This document shows, piece after piece, positions 8,902 to 19,460 of a stretch of 64,000 nucleotides of DNA. This DNA comes from an uncultured Gammaproteobacteria bacterium. Its GTDB lineage: Bacteria; Pseudomonadota; Gammaproteobacteria; DRLM01. Location: positions 32,001 through 96,000 of the forward strand of contig CAVSNY010000005.1 in assembly GCA_963729605.1 (NCBI GenBank), in the 5' to 3' direction. Under the pieces are notes generated by a model. It was given only the letters and a program-made list of their open reading frames with translations. It did not search any database and was not told where the DNA came from. The stretch's first letter is position 1. The number at the start of each line of letters is the position of its first letter. The position numbers and the translations under genes were made by a program.

Positions 8902-9792
8902 TCACGGCGGGAAGACCCCGGTGGACAAATAACGGTCGCCGCGATCGCAGATGATCACCACGATCACCGCGTGGCGCACCTCGTGCGAGAGACGCAGCGC
9001 GGCGTGCACCGCGCCGCCGGACGATATCCCGGCGAAGATACCCTCGCGCGCGGCCAAGGCGCGGGTGGTCTCCTCGGCGTCCGGCTGACTGACGTAGAGC
9101 ATGCGGTCGATCCGCGCCGGGTCATAAATAGCAGGCAAATATTCCTCCGGCCATTTGCGGATGCCGGGAATCTGCGCGCCCTCGGCGGGATGGACACCGA
9201 CGATTTGCACCTCGGGCTTGCGCTCTTTCAGATAACGCGAGGTGCCCATGATGGTACCGGTGGTGCCCATGGCGCTGACGAAGTGAGTGATTTTGCCGCC
9301 GGTATCGCGCCAAATTTCGGGACCGGTACCTTCGTAATGGGCGCGCGGGTTGTCGGGATTGGCGAATTGATCGAGCACCTTGCCCTCGCCCGCGGCCTCC
9401 ATCTTGCGCGCCAAATCGATGGCCGCCTCCATGCTGCCTGCTCGGGGCGTGAGGATGATCTCGGCGCCGTAGGCCTTCATCACCGCGCGCCGTTCCACGC
9501 TCATGTGTTCGGGCATGACGAGTATCAAACGGTAGCCTTTGATGGCGGCGGCCAGGGCCAGGGCGATGCCGGTGTTGCCGGAGGTGGCTTCGATCAAGGT
9601 GTCGCCGGGCCGGATGTCGCCGCGCTCCTCGGCGTAGCGGATCATGCTGAGGGCGGGTCTATCCTTCACCGAACCGGCGGGGTTGTTGCCCTCGAGTTTG
9701 GCGAGCACCACATTGGTGGTTGCGCCGGGCAGACGCTGCAGACGGACTAAAGGGGTGTTGCCGATGAAGTGTTCTATGGTCGGGAAGTGCAT
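8902..9792 (-). CDS. cysM: Cysteine synthase B
   Basis: IGNTPLVRL, KLEGNNPAGSVKDR (PLP lysine), EATSGNTG, MGTTGTIMG, ICDRGDRYLSTGVF. Confidence 0.96.
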   Translation of the reverse strand: MHFPTIEHFIGNTPLVRLQRLPGATTNVVLAKLEGNNPAGSVKDRPALSMIRYAEERGDIRPGDTLIEATSGNTGIALALAAAIKGYRLILVMPEHMSVERRAVMKAYGAEIILTPRAGSMEAAIDLARKMEAAGEGKVLDQFANPDNPRAHYEGTGPEIWRDTGGKITHFVSAMGTTGTIMGTSRYLKERKPEVQIVGVHPAEGAQIPGIRKWPEEYLPAIYDPARIDRMLYVSQPDAEETTRALAAREGIFAGISSGGAVHAALRLSHEVRHAVIVVIICDRGDRYLSTGVFPP

Positions 9793-9865
9793 GGCGGGAT
9801 TGTAACCGAAAACCGGCAAAACGCGGCGAGTCGCCGGGACCATTCTCTCGTCCGCCGCGCCGGCT

Positions 9866-10756
9866 TTACCCGCCGTTTAAGCTCGCCGTGAGCCCTTTGA
9901 GATAGCGGGCGAAATCTTCCTTCAATACCGGATGACGGAGGGCGTATTCCACGGTGGCCTCCAGGTAACCCAGTTTATCGCCGCAGTCGTAGCGTTTGCC
10001 GGTGAACTGGTAGGCCAGCACCTGCTCTTCCATCAACAAGCGTGCGATGGCGTCGGTGAGCTGGATCTCGCCACCCGCGCCGCGCGGGGTGGTTTCCAGC
10101 AGATCGAATATCCGCGGGGTGAGAATGTAACGCCCCACCACCGCCAGGTTGGACGGGGCGTCCTGGGGCCGGGGCTTTTCCACGATCCCCTCCAACAGGC
10201 CGAGCCGCTCTTCCATCGGCACCGCTTTGCAGATGCCGTATTTATCAGTCTCGCTGGGCGCGACTTCCTGCACCCCCAGCACGCTGCACTTGTGGGTGTT
10301 ATAGATGTCGTGCATCTGCCGCAGACAACAGGGGCCATCGACCGCGATCAAATCGTCGGCCAGAATCACCGCGAAGGGTTCGTTGCCGACCACTGCCTTG
10401 GCGCACAACACGGCGTGACCGAGACCCAAGGCCTCGGGCTGGCGCACGTACACGCAGGACACCCCCTCCGGCACCACCTCGCGCACGATGCTCAACAGCT
10501 CCTGTTTACCGGCGCGCTCCAGCTTGTCTTCCATTTCGTAGTTTTTATCGAAGTGGTCTTCGATAGCGCGCTTGCTGCTGCTGGTGACGAAGATCAATTC
10601 CGAAATACCCGAGGCAATGGCCTCTTCCGCCGCGTACTGAATGAGCGGCTTGTCGACGATGGGCAACATTTCCTTGGGATTGGCCTTGGTGGCGGGCAGA
10701 AAACGGGTGCCCATGCCGGCCACGGGGAAGACAGCTTTGCGCAATTTCAGGGTCAT
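9866..10756 (-). CDS. galU: UTP-glucose-1-phosphate uridylyltransferase
   Basis: [44 protein letters not shown]. Confidence 0.97.
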   Translation of the reverse strand: MTLKLRKAVFPVAGMGTRFLPATKANPKEMLPIVDKPLIQYAAEEAIASGISELIFVTSSSKRAIEDHFDKNYEMEDKLERAGKQELLSIVREVVPEGVSCVYVRQPEALGLGHAVLCAKAVVGNEPFAVILADDLIAVDGPCCLRQMHDIYNTHKCSVLGVQEVAPSETDKYGICKAVPMEERLGLLEGIVEKPRPQDAPSNLAVVGRYILTPRIFDLLETTPRGAGGEIQLTDAIARLLMEEQVLAYQFTGKRYDCGDKLGYLEATVEYALRHPVLKEDFARYLKGLTASLNGG

Positions 10757-12648
10757 GCGTTGTACCTGTTGAGATGAATGACGTTCTCATGCGCCGCATC
10801 GACGAATGCCGTGCGGATCTTTTCGTCGGCGGCCCACAGTTCGGGCACCAATTCCTGCAACAATAGGCGCTGCGCATCCTGATCATAGGCCTGGCAGGCC
10901 TCATCCATTTTCTCCATGAGGCGATTCAGGCGCTCCCATTCCATGGGTGACGAATGGGCGAGCAAGATTTTATCGTTGGCGGTTTTACTGAGCTGCTCCT
11001 GAGAGTAGAACAATTCTTCATAGAGCTTTTCACCTGGACGCAAGCCGGTGAAGACGATGTCGATATCCTTGCCCAGGGTTTTGCCGGACAGCCGGATCAG
11101 CTGTTCGGCCAGATAACGGATCTTGATCGGCTGCCCCATCTCCAACACGAATATTTCGCCGCCCTCGCCCATGGCCGCCGCCTGCATGATCAATTGGCTG
11201 GCCTCCGGCAGCGTCATGAAATAGCGGGTGATGTCGGGGTGGGTGACCGTCACCGGGCCGCCGGCGGCGATCTGCTGCTGGAACAGCGGCACCACGCTGC
11301 CCGCCGAACCCAGTACATTGCCGAAACGCACGGTGATGAAACGGGTCTGGGAACGGCGGCTGAGGGCCTGACAATACAATTCGGCCACCCGCTTGCTGGC
11401 ACCCATCACATTGGTGGGGTTCACCGCCTTGTCGGTGGAAATCATCACCACGGTCTCCACGCCGAACTTATCCGCCGCCAAGGCCACGATGCGCGTACCG
11501 ATGACGTTATTGCGCACCGCCTCGCGTGGTTGTTCCTGCAACATCGGCACGTGTTTGTAGGCCGCCGCGTGGAACACCACCTGCGGCCGGTGGCCGTTGA
11601 ATACGTAGTCCACCGCGGCGGGATCGGTAATGTCGCCCAGATGGGCGCTCATGATCAATTCCGGAAAGTTACGCCGCAGCTCGAACTCGATGCTGTAGAG
11701 GTTGAACTCGCAACGTTCGAAGATCACCAATTGGGTGGGTCCCACCTTCGCGATCTGACGGCACAGCTCCGAACCGATGGAGCCGCCGGCGCCGGTCACC
11801 AACACGGTCTTGCCTACCAGCGCGGCGCTGATCTGCCGCCAGTCGAGGGCGATGGGATCGCGGCCCAGCAGATCTTCCAAAGCCACTTCACGCAATTCCA
11901 GCACACTGGCGCGTTCCAACATCAAATCATCCAAACGCGGCAGGGTACGGAACGGCAGGCCGGCCTGTTCGCAGCGCTCCACTACCCGCCGCATCTCACC
12001 GGCATTGGCGGAGGGAATGGCGATGACTATGATATCCGCCGCCACCTGGGCGGCGACCGCGGGCAGTTCGTCCACCGTGCCCAGCACCGGCAGGCCATGC
12101 ACCTTGGCGCCCCGCAGGCGCCGCTGATCGTCGACGAAGCCGATGGGCAGATAGTCATCATCGCGGTGCATATCGCGAGCCAGCATTTCACCGGCACGCC
12201 CGGCGCCGACGATCAATACTCGCTGCCGTCCCATCACCTTGCTGATATTCAACCGGTAATCCTTCCACAGCCGGTAAAGCGCGCGCGGGGCGCCCAGCAG
12301 GAAGATCAGCAACAAGGGGTACAACGCGAAACTGGCGCGAGGAATACCGGTGAAGCGATTGATGAGAAACAGCACTAACCCCGCGGCCAGCACACCGAGC
12401 AATACAGCGCGGATGATATTCCACAGATCGGGGAGGCTGGCGAAACGCCATACGCTGCGGTAAAGCCCGAAGCGCCAGAACATAAAGCCCTGCGCGATGA
12501 GGACCACCACCAGGCTCTTGCCCATGGCCAGCCATTCATTCGGCCCCATCGCGAAGTTGTAACGGATCAAATAAGCGAACAACCACGCCAGCGCGACCAT
12601 CCCCAGATCATGGAGAATAACCGCGGCTCGAAGAGTGAAGGCTTTCAT
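10753..12648 (-). CDS. Membrane-anchored UDP-GlcNAc 4,6-dehydratase (WbpM/PglF/CapD family)
   Basis: N-terminal TM helices, [62 protein letters not shown]. Confidence 0.95.
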   Translation of the reverse strand: MKAFTLRAAVILHDLGMVALAWLFAYLIRYNFAMGPNEWLAMGKSLVVVLIAQGFMFWRFGLYRSVWRFASLPDLWNIIRAVLLGVLAAGLVLFLINRFTGIPRASFALYPLLLIFLLGAPRALYRLWKDYRLNISKVMGRQRVLIVGAGRAGEMLARDMHRDDDYLPIGFVDDQRRLRGAKVHGLPVLGTVDELPAVAAQVAADIIVIAIPSANAGEMRRVVERCEQAGLPFRTLPRLDDLMLERASVLELREVALEDLLGRDPIALDWRQISAALVGKTVLVTGAGGSIGSELCRQIAKVGPTQLVIFERCEFNLYSIEFELRRNFPELIMSAHLGDITDPAAVDYVFNGHRPQVVFHAAAYKHVPMLQEQPREAVRNNVIGTRIVALAADKFGVETVVMISTDKAVNPTNVMGASKRVAELYCQALSRRSQTRFITVRFGNVLGSAGSVVPLFQQQIAAGGPVTVTHPDITRYFMTLPEASQLIMQAAAMGEGGEIFVLEMGQPIKIRYLAEQLIRLSGKTLGKDIDIVFTGLRPGEKLYEELFYSQEQLSKTANDKILLAHSSPMEWERLNRLMEKMDEACQAYDQDAQRLLLQELVPELWAADEKIRTAFVDAAHENVIHLNRYNA

Positions 12649-12661
12649 GGATGATGAATTA

Positions 12662-13693
12662 TCAGGACTGCGTTTTTCCAAAACGATGCTGAATCGCTCT
12701 CCATACGAACCCACCCAGGAGCACCACCCCCGGTATGGCAAGGCCCATCCACATTGGATGGCGCGCGACAAGCCAGGCTATCGGCGCCAACAACACAAGA
12801 TTCACCAGTAACACGCCGCTCGTCACTCTCGCATGAGAAAATCCGAGTTGTATCAAGCGCTGATAAGCATGCGTGCGGTGCGCATTATACCATTTCTCCC
12901 CGCGAATTACCCGATTCAATAGGGTAAAGGTGGCATCCAACACGAACACCGCGAGTAATATCATCCAAACCATCAACGGCACGGCAGCGGCCTTCTCGCT
13001 GGCCAGGGCGAGCACCGCGAAACAATATCCCAGCAAACCGCTGCCCACATCGCCCAGGAAAATCGTGGCCGGCGGCCAATTCCACCACAGAAACCCGCCG
13101 CAGGCCGCGGCGAACAAGGCCGTCACCAACGCCAATTCCACCGCCCCGCTCAACCATAGCAAGCCCGCCGCCGCCAGCGCAACCGTCACCGCCTCGCCGG
13201 CGGCCAGACCGTCGATGCCATCCATGAAGTTATAGAGGTTGATCAACCACACCACCCCGATCACCGCCAGCACGTGGCCCAGCCAACCCAGCGGCAGTGT
13301 GATTTGTCCCAGATTGATACTCGGAAATCCGCCCAAACAAAACACCGCCCACAGCGCGGCGGCGAAATGCACCAGGATCCGCCAGCGCGCCGCCACGGGA
13401 CGGTGGTCGTCGAGCCAGCCGACACCGGCCACCAGCAACCCGCCGCCGATCAAGGCGGCGCTCAATGACGCGGGCAGGATATCGAGCATCACCAGCAAAG
13501 CCACCGCCGATAAAAACACCACGCCGACAGCCAAGCCCCCACCGCGCGGCGTCGGCATCACATGGGAACTGCGCTCATTGGGAACATCGAGTAAGGAGCG
13601 CAGGGCGTATCGGCGCACGACGGCGGTCATTAGAAGCGAGGAAACGAAGGCGAGACAGAGGATGGCGGCACTCAAGGGCAGTGTGATCATCAT
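12662..13693 (-). CDS. Polyprenyl-phosphate sugar-1-phosphate transferase (WbpL-like, MraY family)
   Basis: PNERSSH..PTPRGGG, GWLDD, NLYNFMDGIDG, IFLGDVGS, HRTHAYQ. Confidence 0.93.
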   Translation of the reverse strand: MMITLPLSAAILCLAFVSSLLMTAVVRRYALRSLLDVPNERSSHVMPTPRGGGLAVGVVFLSAVALLVMLDILPASLSAALIGGGLLVAGVGWLDDHRPVAARWRILVHFAAALWAVFCLGGFPSINLGQITLPLGWLGHVLAVIGVVWLINLYNFMDGIDGLAAGEAVTVALAAAGLLWLSGAVELALVTALFAAACGGFLWWNWPPATIFLGDVGSGLLGYCFAVLALASEKAAAVPLMVWMILLAVFVLDATFTLLNRVIRGEKWYNAHRTHAYQRLIQLGFSHARVTSGVLLVNLVLLAPIAWLVARHPMWMGLAIPGVVLLGGFVWRAIQHRFGKTQS

Positions 13694-13901
13694 GACAGAA
13701 ATATGTGGCCCAAGAGTTCACCTATCCACGAAATCACACCAAGCCAGCCCTCGAAGCGCCAGCGATCTTCGTTGCTAATGCGGCGGGCCCATGACAGCGC
13801 CAATTGACGCGATGATACGAGACAAGCAAAGGTGGCTGCAATAACCGTGGTGAGATGCCCGGCCCCACGCTCCACAGGCAATCAGCTCGACAGCACCAAG
13901 C

Positions 13902-14777
13902 TCATGACGGCAGGTCCTCGGCTTCAAGCCGGAAGGGTCTCGGGGAGAAACCCAAATCCCGGGTCGCCTCGGCATGATCAAACACCAAATCACGATTCAT
14001 CCGTTCCGCCATCGCTATCGAGCAATGTCGATAGCGCGGTAACAAACGCAGACATTTTACGGCAACTCCAAAACTCCACAGCGGCACACTCAACAGCAAT
14101 GGCCGACGCCCCAGGGCGGCAAAAACTCTGTTAACCATCTCACGATAAGTCAGCGTTTCACCGCCTGAAAGATTATACGCACGAGACGACGCGCTTTCAG
14201 TTTCCAACGCGGCAAGACAAGCCCCCGCCACATCCTCGGCATGCACCGGCTGACGTAGTCCAGTGGCCCGACCCAGCAAGGGGAAGAATTTGAATCGGCG
14301 TATGAAGCGCGCAATCTCGGCAATGTTCTTGTCACGCCCCCGGCCATAGATCAGCGTGGGCCGGAGGATCACATACTCGACACCATTTTCATCCGCCCAC
14401 GATTGCAGGCGCGCCTCACACGCGGCCAAACGCCGAGCAACGGTTTGTTCCTCACTATCGGAGGAATCCTCCTTGGTAAATCGGCTGGTGGAGGACAGCG
14501 CCACGACACGCCGCGCACCGGACGCTTTCAGCCAGTCGAAGTAGTCGGGCAGCACCCAGATCGGTGCGACGCAGATCCAATTTCCAACCCCCTCTCCCCT
14601 GGCGTGAGAGGGTTGGGGAGAGGGGGCAATCTGTTTCCAGACTATATCCGGCCCCATCCGATCAACATGCCGCCGCGAAAACGCGGTCACTTGCCACCCG
14701 GCCCGAACCAACAACGGCAACAGGAATTCCCCGACTAAACTCGTCGCCCCAAGCACTCCAATTCGCCGTTCATCCAC
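13902..14777 (-). CDS. NAD-dependent epimerase/dehydratase family protein, carrying an in-frame palindrome
   Basis: GVLGATSLVG, LRPTLIYG, QPVHAEDVA, AYNLSGGE. Confidence 0.88.
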   Translation of the reverse strand: MDERRIGVLGATSLVGEFLLPLLVRAGWQVTAFSRRHVDRMGPDIVWKQIAPSPQPSHARGEGVGNWICVAPIWVLPDYFDWLKASGARRVVALSSTSRFTKEDSSDSEEQTVARRLAACEARLQSWADENGVEYVILRPTLIYGRGRDKNIAEIARFIRRFKFFPLLGRATGLRQPVHAEDVAGACLAALETESASSRAYNLSGGETLTYREMVNRVFAALGRRPLLLSVPLWSFGVAVKCLRLLPRYRHCSIAMAERMNRDLVFDHAEATRDLGFSPRPFRLEAEDLPS

Positions 14778-15729
14778 GAGTCAAACCCAAGCGGCGCCCC
14801 GCGTGACGCATGCCGTGATAAGACGCCAACACCGCGAAACGCGACCACACCCCCACCGCCACCAGCCACATCAGTGCACCGGGATATTGATCGCGGAAAA
14901 ACTTGCGGTAAAAACGCATCATGCCCTTGTGCTTATGCCATTCCACGAATACCGGGCGCGACTTGCTGCATGCACCTTTATAATGTATCACCTTAGCATC
15001 CGGCACGAATATGATCTTCCAGCCGTTCTGCCGAAAACGCATGCACCAGTCCAGATCTTCGCAATGTAAAAAATAGCCTTCATCCCAAAGGCCCACATCT
15101 TCCACAGCCTCACGCTTAACCAACATGCAGGCGCCGGAAATGGCCTCGACCTCGACCGGGTGCAAGGGTAATGGTTGCTTGTGCAGATGATAATCAAAAA
15201 ACAATGTTGGCCAGCGGCTTGAAAAGCGATTCAAACCCAAAACCCGTACCAAGGACCGCCATGGCGTTGGGACAGCTCGACGTCCGCCTCCCTGCTCAGA
15301 ACCATCTTGATTGACCAGCAACCCTCCCACCATTCCTATTATTGGATCAGATTCCAAAACCTCTAACAATTCGGAAACTACTCCAGTATCCAGCCGGCAA
15401 TCAGGATTTAGAAACAACACGAAATCTCCCCTAGCTTGGGAGAAACCGATATTACAAGCGGCGGCAAAACCAATATTGGTATCGTTTCGAACGATACTGA
15501 GCCGTGGTTCATCGGCAAACTGTCGCGCACAGTTTTCGATACTCGAATCGTCAGATGCATTATCAACAACCAGAACTTCGCTCACCTGGGGCAAGGCGGA
15601 GCTGACACAGTCAGCCAGGAGTGGTCCGGCGTTGTAATTAACAATGATGGCTTCGCAATCAGACGAGGAGACCAGTTCCGGCAAATCGAGCCTCCCATGA
15701 GTTATTTTCTCTGAATGCATGAATTTCAC
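14770..15729 (-). CDS. Family 2 glycosyltransferase (WbbL-like); start codon uncertain
   Basis: IIVNYN, VVDNAS.D, GFAAACN, FLNPD, ISGACML, EDLDWC; the ORF-track start overlaps the upstream gene by 71 bp. Confidence 0.88.
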   Translation of the reverse strand: MKFMHSEKITHGRLDLPELVSSSDCEAIIVNYNAGPLLADCVSSALPQVSEVLVVDNASDDSSIENCARQFADEPRLSIVRNDTNIGFAAACNIGFSQARGDFVLFLNPDCRLDTGVVSELLEVLESDPIIGMVGGLLVNQDGSEQGGGRRAVPTPWRSLVRVLGLNRFSSRWPTLFFDYHLHKQPLPLHPVEVEAISGACMLVKREAVEDVGLWDEGYFLHCEDLDWCMRFRQNGWKIIFVPDAKVIHYKGACSKSRPVFVEWHKHKGMMRFYRKFFRDQYPGALMWLVAVGVWSRFAVLASYHGMRHAGRRLGLTRG

Positions 15730-16768
15730 TTACCTCTGCCTGATATGTCAGTGCAACGTCAATTAGTGTATTAACCTTATTAACATTCTCAAGCTGGTCA
15801 ATATGAAATACGCCGGGTTCATTCTTGTGAAACCGCATTTCACCAAATGAAGATGAGATCACAGGCAAGCCCAGTGCACGATATTCGTAATACTTAATGG
15901 GATCGACGGATTCAGTCAGTCGAGTTTGCTTGAATGGGATCAGCCCAACATTAAATTCCTGCATGGCGGCAATCGCAGCGTCATGTGCACATGGCGGCAA
16001 AACCTCCACATTTTCAGGAAGGCTGTCTGGTGCTGGAGAAAACACAGGGCCAATTAGCCGAACTTGCGTCGTGGGTCTGGCTCGTGCAATAGAAAACACC
16101 AACTCCCAATCAAACCACTGCCCAATCGTGCCGACATAGCCGAGAATCTCGTGCGGTTTTGGCTTCAGAATCTCATCAACTGATGGAAGCATTTCTACGT
16201 CGCATGCATTTCGCACGAGCGAGACATTTTTCTTCTCTCCCCAACGCGCAAACAATTGAGTTGAAGAGACCCAAACCTCTGATACGCCATCGACGGTCAG
16301 ATTTTCTCTTTTCGCCATAGCAGCGCGGGACAGTCCATTGTAAAAGGCCGGAAAGTCATCCATGGCATCATAAAAAGAACGCTCAAATTTACCTGCTGAT
16401 AGCAGTCGCAAGGCCATTTCTGAAGGTTTGCCAATACCAAGGATAGTTGGGCCTTTAGACAAGATTATTTCCACTGCCTCGAAGATATCCGTCCAAAGAA
16501 GCCTATTGATAACACCAGATGCGGGGAATGGCTCAATGGGGAACGCGCGGGGCCTAATGACCGTAATTCCATTGGCAGGCGCATCATATTCTAACGAAGC
16601 GCCGTCTCTTCGACGACCAATGTCATCCCACACAGGTAGCCGCGTCGGGTAGGGATCAATCCACAACACATGGCCGCCAGTCTTACTCTGAAACCACTCA
16701 ACAAATTTATGTGGTCGTTGAGCAAAACTGCTCCATGGTACCGGCGAAAGATAAACCAACTGCATCAT
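15659..16768 (-). CDS. GT-B (GT4-like) glycosyltransferase
   Basis: QRPH, YDAMDD, GYVGTIGQWFD, DPIKYYEY..GLPVI, NSWEARF. Confidence 0.85.
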   Translation of the reverse strand: MMQLVYLSPVPWSSFAQRPHKFVEWFQSKTGGHVLWIDPYPTRLPVWDDIGRRRDGASLEYDAPANGITVIRPRAFPIEPFPASGVINRLLWTDIFEAVEIILSKGPTILGIGKPSEMALRLLSAGKFERSFYDAMDDFPAFYNGLSRAAMAKRENLTVDGVSEVWVSSTQLFARWGEKKNVSLVRNACDVEMLPSVDEILKPKPHEILGYVGTIGQWFDWELVFSIARARPTTQVRLIGPVFSPAPDSLPENVEVLPPCAHDAAIAAMQEFNVGLIPFKQTRLTESVDPIKYYEYRALGLPVISSSFGEMRFHKNEPGVFHIDQLENVNKVNTLIDVALTYQAEVSEIHAFRENNSWEARFAGTGLLV

Positions 16769-17868
16769 GCAAAGTGCTCTCGCAGCACATTCACAATTCG
16801 TTCCGCAGCGCGACCATCACCATAGGGAGAAATTCCCCGTGCCATTGCCCGATACGCTAGCTCATCGTCCAACAGTAGTTGTGCTTCTTCCACAATCCGG
16901 TCGTACTTGGAGCCAACCAGCTTTACCACACCCTGCTCAACGGCTTCAGGGCGTTCAGTTTCATCCCTCAATACCAGCACAGGTTTCCCTAAGGCAGGCG
17001 CCTCTTCTTGTACCCCCCCTGAGTCACTGATGATCAGGTACGACAGCTTCATGGCAGCAACAAACGGAGCGTAATCCAGTGGTTCACAAAGGTGAATGTT
17101 CGGACAACCTCCCAGCATCTCATAGGCCACTTCCTTCACATTTGGATTAGGGTGTACCGGATAGAGGAACTGAACATCCGAATTACGCGTCGCCAGCGTA
17201 TGTAATGCCCGACAGATATTGCGGAACGGCTCGCCAAAATTTTCACGGCGATGAGATGTAATTAAAACAAGTCGCTTCTCAGGATCCATCTCAATCCCCA
17301 GTTCCAAACTTCTAGCAGCTGCCATCAGGAGCGCATCGATCACGGTATTACCGGTAACAACAATATCCTTGTCCGGAACACCTTCACGGAGCAGATTTTT
17401 TCGTGAGTTAACCGTCGGTGCAAAGTGCCAGCGAGCCAACCTACCAGCAATCACACGATTCGCTTCTTCCGGAAAGGGGTTCTGCATATCCCAAGTGCGC
17501 AAACCCGCTTCAACATGACCAATAGGGATCCTATGATAGAAACAGGCCAGCGCCACGGCCATCACCGTGGTGGTGTCACCCTGGACAAGAACCACATCAA
17601 GCTTCTCGGCTTGCAACACATCATCCAAATCAAGAAGCAGACGAGCAGTCAGCGTGGTGAGCGCCTGATTGGGCCGCATAATATCGAGATCGATGTCCGG
17701 TTCGATCCCGAAGAAGCTCAACACTTGGTCCAGCATGTGGCGATGTTGGGCGGTAGCAAGCACACGAACCTCGACCCATGGCTGCTGTTTCAAAGCAAGA
17801 ATAACTGGGGCCATTTTTATTGCTTCGGGGCGCGTACCGACAACACACATTATTTTCTTTGTATCCAT
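16765..17868 (-). CDS. wecB: UDP-N-acetylglucosamine 2-epimerase (non-hydrolysing)
   Basis: GTRPEAIKMAP, VQGDTTT, GHVEAGLRT, PEEANR, HRREN, DSGGVQEEAP, PYGDG. Confidence 0.96.
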   Translation of the reverse strand: MDTKKIMCVVGTRPEAIKMAPVILALKQQPWVEVRVLATAQHRHMLDQVLSFFGIEPDIDLDIMRPNQALTTLTARLLLDLDDVLQAEKLDVVLVQGDTTTVMAVALACFYHRIPIGHVEAGLRTWDMQNPFPEEANRVIAGRLARWHFAPTVNSRKNLLREGVPDKDIVVTGNTVIDALLMAAARSLELGIEMDPEKRLVLITSHRRENFGEPFRNICRALHTLATRNSDVQFLYPVHPNPNVKEVAYEMLGGCPNIHLCEPLDYAPFVAAMKLSYLIISDSGGVQEEAPALGKPVLVLRDETERPEAVEQGVVKLVGSKYDRIVEEAQLLLDDELAYRAMARGISPYGDGRAAERIVNVLREHFA

Positions 17869-17870
17869 CT

Positions 17871-19460
17871 TTAAGTTTGACTCAGTTCCATCGCTAACAT
17901 CCGACCAATTCGGTCCGCATTTGCCATTATTGTTAAGGTGTGAGATTTCTCTGAAAGAGTTGGTAGGCAAGCTCCATCGACAATAAAAATCCCGTCAAGC
18001 CCCTCAACCTCCCCACGCGGCGACGTCTCCCCGGGCGACGGCGACTCTCGCATCGGAAGAGTGCCCGCATAGTGGATATCGCCCCCAGGACGGCCAATCG
18101 TAAAACTGCCCGGAAGTAACACGGCACCCAGGCTTAAATATGCCTTGCGTAGCTTCTTGGCGGCCTCATCCATAAGTGGCGAGACAGTATCGCAATATTT
18201 ACCCGTCACGCCTAGGGAAGCATCCGTCTGTAATTCGGCCACCGCAGCAGTCAAATGGCCTGGCAGGAAAAGATTCCCCACTACACAAGAACTCAATAGC
18301 CCACGCAGCAGATCAATACCATACCGCCGACGAAGTGGCACGTGCCGCACGAACTCCGATAACGAAATACCTGTCGTTGCAAAGGTGGAGCCAAAAGCGG
18401 TGGTGCTGTATTGGATATCCAATGAGAAAGACAATTGCCCCAATCCAAACCCAGGCGACCTCGAAACACCTAGTAAGCGCGGTATCCAAAGCAAGAACGC
18501 AGCAGTCGGGCATGATAGCAAGGGAACGGGACGCCGGTGATTCAAGGTTTTTAACACTATTCGGGTAGTAGCCAGTGTGCCGGCGGCCAGAACAATCTTG
18601 CTTGCAGAAATCGATCTTCTCTCGCCGTCTGAAGTTGTTTGACCCACTACAGCCCGATAGCCGTCGTAACGGGTCAACCCATCCACTACAAAGCCAGAAA
18701 GTTCGCTAAAATTTTCATGCTTGCGGAGTTCTGGTAGATCGTCTGTTGAGGAATACATCGAGCGCCTCCGGCATCCCCATAAGCAGTTCCCTGAGAGATT
18801 ACAGGCCTGACGACCAGCTACGTCTTCACTTAGCACAGCAACTCTCGACCGCCCTAGCCTGAATCCAAGTGAATTAAGTTTTATTCTGCAGTTCAAATAC
18901 CTCTGAGATAGGTATGTATGCAGCGCATCCAACGGTATCGGCGGTTGCGAGTATTCATCTAGCCCGAAGTAGTCTGACATATCATCATCAACTCCGCCGC
19001 TGATGCCCATTCGTTGACTGATCCTTGCATAAGAAACATCTAGCTCAGTTGCGGAAAATGGAAAATCAGCCATTTCTTCAGCAGAAAAACGCGCAACACC
19101 ACACCCCCAGGCATTTGACAATCCGCCTGTCGCCAACGAACCAGCCGTGATGAAATTTTTTCCTACGACTTGGTTTCGTACCTCGAACTCTTCAAAAGCA
19201 TAGGCATGCGAAGGCGCCCGCAGCTTAGGCGAAACAGCATCACGCTTTTTCAGTGCATGAAAGTCCTCGCCGACCATCCACTTCCACTGCTCAGCATCAT
19301 GCGCACGCGCCGAAAGAAAATCCTTCTCTAGTGGCAGCACGCCGGACTGCTTGCCCCCATCCACCATTAGCACCTGCAAGCCAGCCTCGACCAGCGGGAA
19401 GGCTGCCGAGACACCTGCCGGACCACTGCCGACCACGATGACATCAAAGTCAGGATTCAC
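17871..19460 (-). CDS. GMC-family FAD oxidoreductase
   Basis: VIVVGSGPAG, GGLSNAWG, C..SGNCLWGC, LAAG, HYAGT, FIVDGA; GTG start overlaps upstream TGA. Confidence 0.85.
   Translation of the reverse strand: MNPDFDVIVVGSGPAGVSAAFPLVEAGLQVLMVDGGKQSGVLPLEKDFLSARAHDAEQWKWMVGEDFHALKKRDAVSPKLRAPSHAYAFEEFEVRNQVVGKNFITAGSLATGGLSNAWGCGVARFSAEEMADFPFSATELDVSYARISQRMGISGGVDDDMSDYFGLDEYSQPPIPLDALHTYLSQRYLNCRIKLNSLGFRLGRSRVAVLSEDVAGRQACNLSGNCLWGCRRRSMYSSTDDLPELRKHENFSELSGFVVDGLTRYDGYRAVVGQTTSDGERRSISASKIVLAAGTLATTRIVLKTLNHRRPVPLLSCPTAAFLLWIPRLLGVSRSPGFGLGQLSFSLDIQYSTTAFGSTFATTGISLSEFVRHVPLRRRYGIDLLRGLLSSCVVGNLFLPGHLTAAVAELQTDASLGVTGKYCDTVSPLMDEAAKKLRKAYLSLGAVLLPGSFTIGRPGGDIHYAGTLPMRESPSPGETSPRGEVEGLDGIFIVDGACLPTLSEKSHTLTIMANADRIGRMLAMELSQT

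Noticed and set aside
10954-12378. Long antisense ORFs (also 39542-40921, 32711-33589, 9932-10777, 2417-3280)
   Set aside because: Shadows of high-GC3 genes on the opposite strand
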